The notes below the pieces were generated by a model, which saw only the letters and a list, made by a program, of their open reading frames with translations, was not told the origin of the DNA and ran no database searches. A stretch of DNA of 32,000 nucleotides, from positions 930,001 to 962,000 of the forward strand of contig CAWJMG010000003.1 in the NCBI GenBank assembly GCA_963843975.1. Direction: 5' to 3'. Below, one piece after another: positions 19,149 through 26,275 of this stretch. The translations under genes and the position numbers were made by a program. Source of the stretch: an uncultured Actinomycetes bacterium (lineage in GTDB: Bacteria > Actinomycetota > Actinomycetes > S36-B12 > CAIYMF01). Each line of letters starts with the position of its first letter. The stretch's first letter is position 1.

Positions 19149-19990
19149 GGCGCGGGCTCCTCGGCGGGCTGGGGACGGGCGGCGCGCTCGCGGCGGAGGG
19201 CGTCGATACGAGAGAGGTCGGCGGCACGGGTGGCGGCCTCCTCGACGGTCAGGGGCTCGGGCCTCGGCACGGTGAACACGACGCCGACGGCGCCGCGACG
19301 GGAGAGCCGGGCGGCCTCCTCCAGGAGCCGGAAGAAGTCGCCTTGCGAGAGGCGCGCACCCTTCCGGACGCCGGAGCGGAACGCGGCGGTGAGGTACTGC
19401 CTCCAGGCCTCGGCGCGGGTGTAGGTGCCGTGGGGGAGGTGGGCGATGAACGTGCGCGCGTGGTCCTCGGCCAGGGTGCGAGCCGCGAGCGTCGAGGCAC
19501 GAGGGCCGAGGGCCGGGGTCGAGCGCCACGCGGTCAGGAGCCCGGCGGTCGAGACCGGGTCACCCTGGGAACGGAGGAGGAGCGACAGGGCCTCGTCGGC
19601 GGCGGTCGCGGACCACGAGCCCCACCCCCGCGACCGCGCCTCGGCGACGGCCCGCGTGCGGGCGAGCGCCGATGCGTACTCGACCGGCTCGGGGTCCGGC
19701 TCGGGGAGCGCGAGGACGAGCGACCGCGCGAGGGTCTCGGCGGCCGGAGCGCCGTGGTCGTCGCGGGGCTGGAGAGTCAGGACGCCGGAGGCATCGGGGG
19801 CGGCCAGGAACCGGCGTAGGTCGGCGTCCTCGGCCACGCGCCACTCGGCGGCGTGCAGGAGGACGGCCAGGACGCGGCCGACGGCCAGGGGCGACAGGAC
19901 CTCGGACGGAGGAGCCATAGGGCCGTCGAGGTGGGCGACGCCGAGCGCGAGGCGGCGGCCGTCGAGGAGGGCGGGGAGGTTGGCGAACAT
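19145..19990 (-). CDS. Hypothetical 281-aa protein (first gene after the AT-rich island; a replication or DNA-binding role is only a guess)
   Basis: ATG at 19990 (MFANLPALLDG...). The longer track ORF to 20188 has an implausible N-terminus. No family recognised. Confidence 0.5.
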   Translation of the reverse strand: MFANLPALLDGRRLALGVAHLDGPMAPPSEVLSPLAVGRVLAVLLHAAEWRVAEDADLRRFLAAPDASGVLTLQPRDDHGAPAAETLARSLVLALPEPDPEPVEYASALARTRAVAEARSRGWGSWSATAADEALSLLLRSQGDPVSTAGLLTAWRSTPALGPRASTLAARTLAEDHARTFIAHLPHGTYTRAEAWRQYLTAAFRSGVRKGARLSQGDFFRLLEEAARLSRRGAVGVVFTVPRPEPLTVEEAATRAADLSRIDALRRERAARPQPAEEPAP

Positions 19991-20600
19991 GGGGGCGGGT
20001 CTCGCTTTCGGTTGGCGGGTGGAGGTCGAGCGGATCGAGCGGCGGCGGGTCGAGGGGTGGGCGACGGCTCCGAGTAGGACCCGCCTCGGAGCCGTCGCGC
20101 CGGTACGGCCTGAGACCCGCCAAGGCAACGGCCGTACGTCTGTCCCCGCACCGCTCGACGCGGTCGAGCCGGAGGCGCTCGCGCCCACCCCTGCCTCCTG
20201 AAGTCAGGAGCGGGCGTTACCTAGGCGAGCGTCGAGCGGTGCGGGGGTCTAGGGGCTCGGCGCCGGGGCGGCCGAGCGGGTGTCTCACTCCGCAGATAGG
20301 CGAACTCGTGCGCGATCCGCAGCGCGCGGCGCCGGAGCGCCGAGCGTCGGCCGAGGAGGACAGGGCAGGAGGGCGCCAGGAGCCCCCGACCTGCTCACGG
20401 TTCGCCGGGTGAATCTCGGTGGCCGGGCGCCGGGAGCGGCCTGGAGGTGGTCGAGGGCTTGTGCGCTTGTGAACCCTCAGACTCGTACGCACCCTGCCGG
20501 GCTATGCCGCTTCGGAAGGGGACGGGAGCGCGGAGGGGTCCCTCCCCACCCCTCCCGGCGGAAACGCGCGGGGGTTTCGGCGGTTTAGGGCTCGCGAGGC

Positions 20601-20771
20601 GTGATAGTGACGGATTAGCGAGATAGTGACAGATAGGACGAAGTGCCGTTAGTACCTTCTATTTCCTATTCCTGTTAGAGGCTCTCTAAAAACAAACCTA
20701 GAGAGGGAATAGTAAATAGCGGTAGATAGCCTCACTTCGTCCTATCTGTCACTTAGGGCTGAATCTGTCAC
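20601..20771. promoter_or_regulatory. AT-rich island with a 21-bp perfect inverted repeat and four GTGAC(A/G)GAT 9-mers (candidate origin or operator cluster)
   Basis: AGTGACAGATAGGACGAAGTG (20625-20645) is the reverse complement of CACTTCGTCCTATCTGTCACT (20733-20753). GATAGTGAC occurs at 20603 and 20622, and ATCTGTCAC at 20744 and 20763. The 87-bp spacer is strongly AT-rich in a GC-rich context. Confidence 0.55.
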
Positions 20772-20999
20772 CACCCCTCGACCGGCCTCCGCCCGGCGGC
20801 ACCGCCGACGGCCTCCAGGCGCCACCGTCGGCGCTCCCGCGCCACCCTCGGCGGCCTCCTGACGCCGTATCAGGGCTCCAGGAGCCCCGCTCCCGGCCGA
20901 ACGGCCGCACCCCCGTATGTCCGGACCCCCGGCCATTCCGTGCCGCCTACGGGCCTCCTGGGGCCTCGGGGCCTGGAGCCGTGCTCACGCCGGACGCCG

Positions 21000-21035
21000 A
21001 GGAGCCCCGCTCCTCGTGAGAGGGGCGGGGCTCCT
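21000..21035 (-). terminator. Stem-loop 15 nt downstream of the integrase stop
   Basis: AGGAGCCCCGC(t)CCTC pairs with GAGG(g)GCGGGGCTCCT around a 4-nt loop. The minus-strand RNA would be AGGAGCCCCGCCCCUC-UCAC-GAGGAGCGGGGCUCCU. There is no U-tract. Confidence 0.5.
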
Positions 21036-21049
21036 GGTGCTCGGGCCGG

Positions 21050-22504
21050 TCAGGCGGCGGCCTCGTGCTCGACGGCCGCCGGGTCCAGGCGCCATGCGTC
21101 GAGGATCCGGCCGAGGTCGAAGGTCCGGCGGCCTCGGACGCCGGGGCCGAGCGCCAGGGCGCCGACGGTCCGGGCGAGCGCGTCGCGGCGGTCCTCCAGC
21201 GTCCCGGCCTCCCACACGTCCCCGTACGTCCGGCCGGTCTCCCGGAGGACGGTCATCGCGAGCGCCGGGAGAGCCGCGAGGCGCTCGGCCTCGTCCTCGG
21301 CGGCGTCGAGAGCCGCGAGGGCCTCGGCGCGCTCGGAGCGCGGCGCCACGGCCAGGGCGGCGCGTGCCGCGTCCACGCGGTCCTCGGCCTGGGCGAGGCG
21401 CTCGGAGGCCTCGTCGGAGAGCCGCACGGAGACGGTCTCGGGCAGGCTCCCCCACCCGGCGAGCCACGCGGCCGAGACGGCGGCCTCGACGGCCTCGGCG
21501 GAGGCAGCGACGGGACGCGCGCAACGCTGACCGGCGCCGTCCGACGGGCAGCGGTAGAAGGACGGCGCGTCGTGCTTGCTGGAGACCGCGAGGCGCGAGC
21601 CGCACGAGTGGCAGACGAGGACGCCGGAGAGCAGACGGGCCGGGCGGCGGTTGCTCGTGCTCGTGCGGCGCTCGGGCGCCGAGAGGATCCGGCGCACCTC
21701 GCGGAGCGTCGAGGCGTCGAGGACCTCGGCCGCGCCGTCTCCCTTGACGAGAGTGTTTCGGAGGCTCGTCCGGCTCCAGGCGGCGGCACGACGCGGGGCG
21801 TGGCCGTGGTCGTTGAGGTAGCGCACGACGCGCACGACGGGCTCTCCAGCGACGACGCGGGCGGCGGCGAGGCGGAGCGTCGCGGCCTCGGCCTCGTCCA
21901 CCTCCAGGACCTTTCCGGCGCCGTCGGGGTTGGGGACGGCGCGGAGGCCGTAGGCAATGACTCCGCCGTTCCAACGGCCCTCAGCGCGGAGGCGCTCGTG
22001 GGAGGCGATGTTGCGGGCTTTCGTCGCCTCGCGCTCGGCCTCGGCCATGCCTCCGAGGACGCCGACCATGAGCGGCCACGCCGAGACGTCGCCGGAGTCG
22101 AGATTGTCCGAGTAGGACAGGAACCGGACCGGCTCGGAGACCGCCGTGCCGTCGGCGTCAATGCCCTTCACCGTGTCGAGGAACCGGGCGAGTCCGGCGG
22201 TGCCGCCACGGCTCACGCGGTCCAGGCGCCACGCGAGGAGATGCGTCGCGCGACCCTCGCGGGCGTCGGCGAGCCACGCGAGGAGGCCGGGCCGGTTGCG
22301 GAGGGCGCCGGACTCTCCGTCGTCGGTCCAGATGGAGACCACCTCCAGGCCGTGACGCTCGGCGAGGGCGCGGAGGTCGGCCTCTTGTGCCTGGAGGCCG
22401 GTCGAGTCGGCCCCGGAGGCCTTGCTCTTGCGGAGGTACAGGGAGGCGGTGGCGGTCATGGTCGAGGAGGGGGCCAGCGTGCGTGAGGTTGCTCGGGTGG
22501 TCAT
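21050..22504 (-). CDS. Large serine recombinase (integrase)
   Basis: A 484-aa protein. The N-terminal resolvase-type catalytic domain reads ASLYLRKSK...DDGESGALRNRPGL...LLAWRLDRVSRG. The recombinase domain contains GRWNGGVIAYG. The zinc ribbon reads VCHSCGSRL...YRCP...QRC, followed by an Ala/Glu-rich coiled-coil tail. The ATG at 22504 directly follows GGAGCCCTCTCAC. Confidence 0.9.
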   Translation of the reverse strand: MTTRATSRTLAPSSTMTATASLYLRKSKASGADSTGLQAQEADLRALAERHGLEVVSIWTDDGESGALRNRPGLLAWLADAREGRATHLLAWRLDRVSRGGTAGLARFLDTVKGIDADGTAVSEPVRFLSYSDNLDSGDVSAWPLMVGVLGGMAEAEREATKARNIASHERLRAEGRWNGGVIAYGLRAVPNPDGAGKVLEVDEAEAATLRLAAARVVAGEPVVRVVRYLNDHGHAPRRAAAWSRTSLRNTLVKGDGAAEVLDASTLREVRRILSAPERRTSTSNRRPARLLSGVLVCHSCGSRLAVSSKHDAPSFYRCPSDGAGQRCARPVAASAEAVEAAVSAAWLAGWGSLPETVSVRLSDEASERLAQAEDRVDAARAALAVAPRSERAEALAALDAAEDEAERLAALPALAMTVLRETGRTYGDVWEAGTLEDRRDALARTVGALALGPGVRGRRTFDLGRILDAWRLDPAAVEHEAAA

Positions 22505-22517
22505 GTGAGAGGGCTCC
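22505..22517 (-). repeat. Start-associated motif copy GGAGCCCTCTCAC
   Basis: Immediately 5' of the integrase ATG. Confidence 0.7.
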
Positions 22518-22535
22518 GTTTCGGCGAGCGGTGAA

Positions 22536-22766
22536 CTACTGCTCTCCGAAGATAGAGGCGAGCGCCTGCGTCCACGGGAACGCCGCGAGCAGGTTGCCGA
22601 GCACGGGTACGCCGTCCGGCCAGGCCACCACGGCCATGATCACGTGGCCGACCACGACGACGAGCAGCGCCGCCGCGCGAGCGCCGTCCACGACGCGGTC
22701 ACGGTCGGGCGGCGTCTCGGCCGCAGCCCGAGCCGTCGGCACCGCCGCGAACACCCGGATGCTCAC
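22536..22766 (-). pseudogene. Acyltransferase-3 N-terminal fragment (69 native codons plus 7 element-derived codons and a stop)
   Basis: GTG at 22766, reading ...DGARAAALLVVVVGHVIMAVVAWPDGVPVLGNLLAAFPWTQAL, then ASIFGEQ-stop. The native part ends at 22560. Confidence 0.75.
22556..22567. repeat. Right junction repeat (attR core) AGGCGAGCGCCT
   Basis: Matches 12702-12713 at 11 of 12 positions. Confidence 0.75.
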
Positions 22767-22854
22767 GCCCTCAGCGTGGCACGGGGTGTGCCACGAAGGG
22801 GTCTTTCGTCGCTACGAGCGCAGCGAAGCTGACCCTATCGGGGCGCGGCGACAC

Positions 22855-23589
22855 TCAGGCGCTGTGGCGCTCGGTGAAGTCGAGGATGCGCGTCCACGCG
22901 TCGGAGCAGGCCTCGGCGTGGTCGGCGAAGGTGCGGTCGAAGAAGGAGTGCGGCGCACCGGCGTACACGTGCCGTTCGGCGTCGACGCCCCGGGCCGTGA
23001 GACCGGCGATGAGGTCGTCGAAGCTCTCGGGCGCGATGCTCTGATCGGCGCCGGCGAGCAGCATGAGGATCGGCGCCTGCACCTGGTCGGCGACGGGGCC
23101 GACGTTGTCGACGCTGCCGTAGAAGCCGATCGCGCCCGCGAGGCCAGGCTGGTCGGCGGCCTGGCGGTAGGAGTTGCGGCCGCCGAAGCAGAAGCCGACC
23201 GTGAAGACCGACTCGGCACCGTCGGCGCGGAGCTTGTCGAGGCAGGCGGCGACGTCAGCTGCGATCCCCGGCTGGGTGGTCTGCGGGATGTGCGTCTGCC
23301 AGTCGAAGCCCTCGGCGCGGTCGTCGGTGTCCGCCGTACGGCCGAACCAGTCGAACGCGACGGCGTGGAAGCCCGCCTCGGCGAAGCGCTCCGCGAGGTG
23401 CTTGTAGTAGTGGTGCAGGCCGCGGATGTCGGGGAGGATCACGATCCCCTTCGTCGACGGCGCGGCCGGGTGCGCCTCGTAGGCCATGAAGCTGTTGCCG
23501 TCTGCGGCGGTGAGGCGCAGGTCGCCGCGGGCGCCGACCTCGCCCTGGCGCGGCGGTGCGGGCGGGCGGGACTCGTCGCTGTGGCACAT
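22855..23589 (-). CDS. Dienelactone hydrolase family protein
   Basis: Contains GIVILPDIRGLHHYYKHLAERFAEAGFHAVAFDWFGR...VGFCFGG...APHSFFD. The ATG at 23589 is preferred over the longer ORF. Confidence 0.8.
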   Translation of the reverse strand: MCHSDESRPPAPPRQGEVGARGDLRLTAADGNSFMAYEAHPAAPSTKGIVILPDIRGLHHYYKHLAERFAEAGFHAVAFDWFGRTADTDDRAEGFDWQTHIPQTTQPGIAADVAACLDKLRADGAESVFTVGFCFGGRNSYRQAADQPGLAGAIGFYGSVDNVGPVADQVQAPILMLLAGADQSIAPESFDDLIAGLTARGVDAERHVYAGAPHSFFDRTFADHAEACSDAWTRILDFTERHSA

Positions 23590-23666
23590 GGCTCGGACCC
23601 TACGTCGGCGTCGTACGCCATGCACCCAGGACAGGGGCGATCGACGAGCGGCCCTTCACGCGCGGA

Positions 23667-24446
23667 TCAGGGCATGACTCCGGGGATGCCGCCGTCGAGG
23701 CGGAACTCGCTGCGCTCGATGCGCGGGGAAATCGCGGCGATGGCCTCGGGCAGGGTGAACGCGCCCGCGTAGAGGGCCTTGCCGACGATCGCACCCTCGA
23801 CGCCGAGCGGCACGAGCTCGGCGATGGCGTGCAGGTCGGCGAGGGAGGACACACCGCCGGAGGCCACGACCGGGCGGTCCGTGCGCTCGCAGACCTCGCG
23901 CAGCAGCTCGAGGTTGGGGCCGGTCAGCGTGCCGTCCTTGCGGACGTCCGTAACGACGTAGCGGGCGCATCCCTCGGAGTCCAGGCGCGCGAGCACCTCC
24001 CAGAGGTCGCCGCCGTCCTCGGTCCAGCCGCGGGCGGCGAGCGTGGTGCCGCGGACGTCGAGGCCCACGGCGACGCGGTCGCCGAACTCCGCGATGGCCT
24101 GCGCGCACCACTCGGGGTTCTCGAGGGCGGCGGTGCCGATGTTGACGCGGGTGCAGCCGGTCGCGAGAGCGGCGCGCAGCGACTCGTCGTCGCGGATGCC
24201 TCCGCTCATCTCGACCTTGATGTCCATGCGGCCGACGACCTCGGCGAGCAGCGCGGCGTTGGAGCCGCGGCCGAACGCGGCGTCGAGGTCGACGAGGTGG
24301 ATCCACTCGGCGCCCTGCTCCTGCCAGGCGAGCGCGGCCTCGAGCGGGTCGCCGTACGACGTCTCGCTGCCGGCCTCCCCCTGCACGAGTCGGACGGCCT
24401 GACCGTCCGCGACATCGACGGCGGGGAGCAGTTCGAGGTGGGTCAT
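23667..24446 (-). CDS. hisA: ProFAR isomerase; the actinobacterial PriA type may also carry TrpF activity
   Basis: Contains [20 protein letters not shown]...[11 protein letters not shown]...SGGIRD...[11 protein letters not shown]...[15 protein letters not shown]...[10 protein letters not shown]. No trpF is visible in the trp part of this window. Confidence 0.92.
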   Translation of the reverse strand: MTHLELLPAVDVADGQAVRLVQGEAGSETSYGDPLEAALAWQEQGAEWIHLVDLDAAFGRGSNAALLAEVVGRMDIKVEMSGGIRDDESLRAALATGCTRVNIGTAALENPEWCAQAIAEFGDRVAVGLDVRGTTLAARGWTEDGGDLWEVLARLDSEGCARYVVTDVRKDGTLTGPNLELLREVCERTDRPVVASGGVSSLADLHAIAELVPLGVEGAIVGKALYAGAFTLPEAIAAISPRIERSEFRLDGGIPGVMP

Positions 24447-24513
24447 GCCCCCACCCTAACGAGCGCCGAAGCGGACCCTTCCTGCCCGTGCGCGCGACGT
24501 CGCCGCGCAGCGC

Positions 24514-24876
24514 CTACACCGAGCGGTCGTAGAGAAGGACACGCAGGACCGGGAGGAACAGCAGGCTGAACAGGAGGATCCAGAGCCGGGCGGACCACTC
24601 CGGCACGAACCACCACGCCACGGCCTGTGCCGCCAGGAGGATCACGAGCAGCACGAGGAATCGGCGGCGGCGACGAGGGGCCAGCGGGTCGTTCGGCGGG
24701 AACCGGCGTCGCCACCAGCGCCCGAGCCGCGTGCGCGCCTTGCCGACGGGCTCGGTCACCGTGCCCGCGACGGCTGCACGCTGCTCGGCTCGCGCGCGGC
24801 TGCGTTCGCGCTTCTCGCGCTCGGCTGCTGCTGCGGCCTCGCGCTCGGCGCGTCGGCGGGCGCGGTCCTTGCTCAT
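24514..24876 (-). CDS. Hypothetical membrane protein with an Arg/Glu-rich N-terminus
   Basis: A 120-aa ORF between hisH and hisA, with a charged N-terminal half and two TM helices at the C-terminus. Confidence 0.5.
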   Translation of the reverse strand: MSKDRARRRAEREAAAAAEREKRERSRARAEQRAAVAGTVTEPVGKARTRLGRWWRRRFPPNDPLAPRRRRRFLVLLVILLAAQAVAWWFVPEWSARLWILLFSLLFLPVLRVLLYDRSV

Positions 24877-24886
24877 GCCGTCCCCG

Positions 24887-25525
24887 TCACGAGCCGAGCG
24901 TCGCGACCCAGTTGGCCAGCACCCGCGCGCCGGCGTCGCCCGACTTCTCCGGGTGGAACTGCGTCGCGGCGAGCGGGCCGTTCTCCACCGCGGCGACGAA
25001 CGGCTCGCCGTGCGTCGCCCAGGTCACGAGCGGTGCCCGGAGCTTGTCGTTGGTCGGCTCGAGCTCCCAGCGGCGCACGCCGTACGAGTGGACGAAGTAG
25101 AAGCGCTCGTCCTCGACGCCGTCGAAGAGCACCGAGCCGGGCGCGACGTCGACGGTGTTCCAGCCCATGTGCGGCAGCACAGGCGCCTGCAGCTCCTCGA
25201 CGACGCCGGGCCACTCCCCCAGGCCCTCGGTGTCGACGCCGTGCTCGACGCCGTGCTCGAAGAGCACCTGCATGCCGACGCAGATGCCGAGCACCGGGCG
25301 GCCGCCCGCGAGGCGGCGGCCGACGATCTCGTGGCCCTTCACCGCGCGGATGCCGGCCATGCACGCCGCGAACGCACCGACGCCGGGCACGACGAGCCCG
25401 TCGCACTCGAGCGCGGCCTCGCGGTCGGCCGTGACGGTGACATCGGCGCCGGCGCGCAGCAGCGCGCGCTCGGCGGACAGGATGTTGCCCGACCCGTAGT
25501 CGAGGACGACGACCTTCGCGCTCAT
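24887..25525 (-). CDS. hisH: Imidazole glycerol phosphate synthase, glutamine amidotransferase subunit
   Basis: Contains [10 protein letters not shown]...LVVPGVGAF...[13 protein letters not shown]...VHSY...QFHPEKSG, the class I GATase triad. Confidence 0.93.
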   Translation of the reverse strand: MSAKVVVLDYGSGNILSAERALLRAGADVTVTADREAALECDGLVVPGVGAFAACMAGIRAVKGHEIVGRRLAGGRPVLGICVGMQVLFEHGVEHGVDTEGLGEWPGVVEELQAPVLPHMGWNTVDVAPGSVLFDGVEDERFYFVHSYGVRRWELEPTNDKLRAPLVTWATHGEPFVAAVENGPLAATQFHPEKSGDAGARVLANWVATLGS

Positions 25526-25529
25526 CGCG

Positions 25530-25670
25530 TCATCCCTGCTTCGGCAGCCACGCCATGGCGGCCGCGAACGACAGCACGGCGGCGCTCGCCAGCACCATCG
25601 CCGGCAGCCAGCGGCGGTTGCGCGCGAAGGAGTACACGCCGCCGATCAGGATCCCGGCGAGCACGAGCAT
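25530..25670 (-). CDS. Possible 46-aa small membrane protein in the hisB-hisH gap
   Basis: My own translation gives [46 protein letters not shown]. An alternative GTG lies at 25682. It is too short for the ORF track. Confidence 0.3.
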   Translation of the reverse strand: MLVLAGILIGGVYSFARNRRWLPAMVLASAAVLSFAAAMAWLPKQG

Positions 25671-25686
25671 GGCGACCCACACAGGA

Positions 25687-26275
25687 CTACAGCGATCCCT
25701 TCGTGCTCGGCACTCCGACCACGCGTGGGTCGATCTCGACGGCCGTGCGCAGCGCGCGCGCGAAGGCCTTGAACTGGGTCTCGACGACGTGGTGCGCGTT
25801 GCGGCCGGCGAGCACGTTGACGTGCAGCGTGATCCGCGACTCGGCGACGATCGACTCGAAGATGTGCTTGGTCAGCGTGGTGTCGTACGAGCCGATGCAG
25901 CTCGACGATCTCCGGCTCGTTGTGCACGAGGTAGGGACGGCCCGACAGGTCGACCGCCACCTGCACCAGCGCCTCGTCGAGCGGCACGAGCGCGTCGCCG
26001 TAGCGGCGGATGCCGGCCTTGTCGCCGAGCGCCTCGCGCAGCGCCTGCCCGAGGGCGAGCGAGGTGTCCTCGACGGTGTGGTGCGCGTCCACCTCGAGAT
26101 CGCCCTGGGTGCGCACGACGAGGTCGAAGCCGCCGTGCTTGCCGATCTGGGCGAGCATGTGGTCGAAGAACGGCACGCCCGTCTCGACGTCGGCGGTGCC
26201 GCTGCCGTCGATCTCGAGCTCGACGAGGACGTCGCTCTCCTTCGTCGTGCGCTGCACCCGCGCGGACCTGCTCAT
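25687..26275 (-). pseudogene. hisB: Imidazoleglycerol-phosphate dehydratase interrupted by one extra base at about 25897 (true frameshift or sequence error)
   Basis: The N-terminal part ([16 protein letters not shown]...[20 protein letters not shown]...[13 protein letters not shown]...[18 protein letters not shown]) is in the frame starting at 26275. The conserved C-terminus ([50 protein letters not shown]...GVPSTKGSL-stop at 25687) is in the +1 frame. Length is 589 nt, which is 3n+1. Confidence 0.85.

Larger units (their letters stand above)
12706..22567. mobile_element. Integrated element of about 9.85 kb with a large serine recombinase, inserted in the acyltransferase gene
   Basis: It is flanked by direct repeats, and host-gene halves lie on both sides in the same frame. 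The integrase is next to the right end. Reconstructed attP half-sites are inverted-symmetric. Element-specific motifs are absent from the flanks as far as I could see by eye. Confidence 0.8.

Noticed and set aside
20217-20588. Track ORFs 20217..20492 (-) and 20280..20588 (+) as element genes
   Set aside because: Their translations are Arg/Pro/Gly-rich without structure, they overlap each other on opposite strands, and they lack ribosome-binding sites or the element's start-associated motif. The region is treated as non-coding or possibly decayed.
20917-21974. Arg-rich ORFs 20917..21747 (+) and 20985..21974 (-) overlapping the integrase gene
   Set aside because: They are off-frame or antisense to a well-supported serine recombinase ORF, and their composition is typical of spurious GC-rich frames.
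12706-22567. The element as an actinomycete integrative and conjugative element (AICE) or a complete prophage
   Set aside because: I recognised no FtsK/TraB-like translocase, Rep/Prim-Pol, Nudix/Pif or relaxase motifs, and no capsid, portal or terminase motifs. At 9.85 kb it is too small for a tailed phage. It is kept as an unclassified, satellite-like candidate instead.
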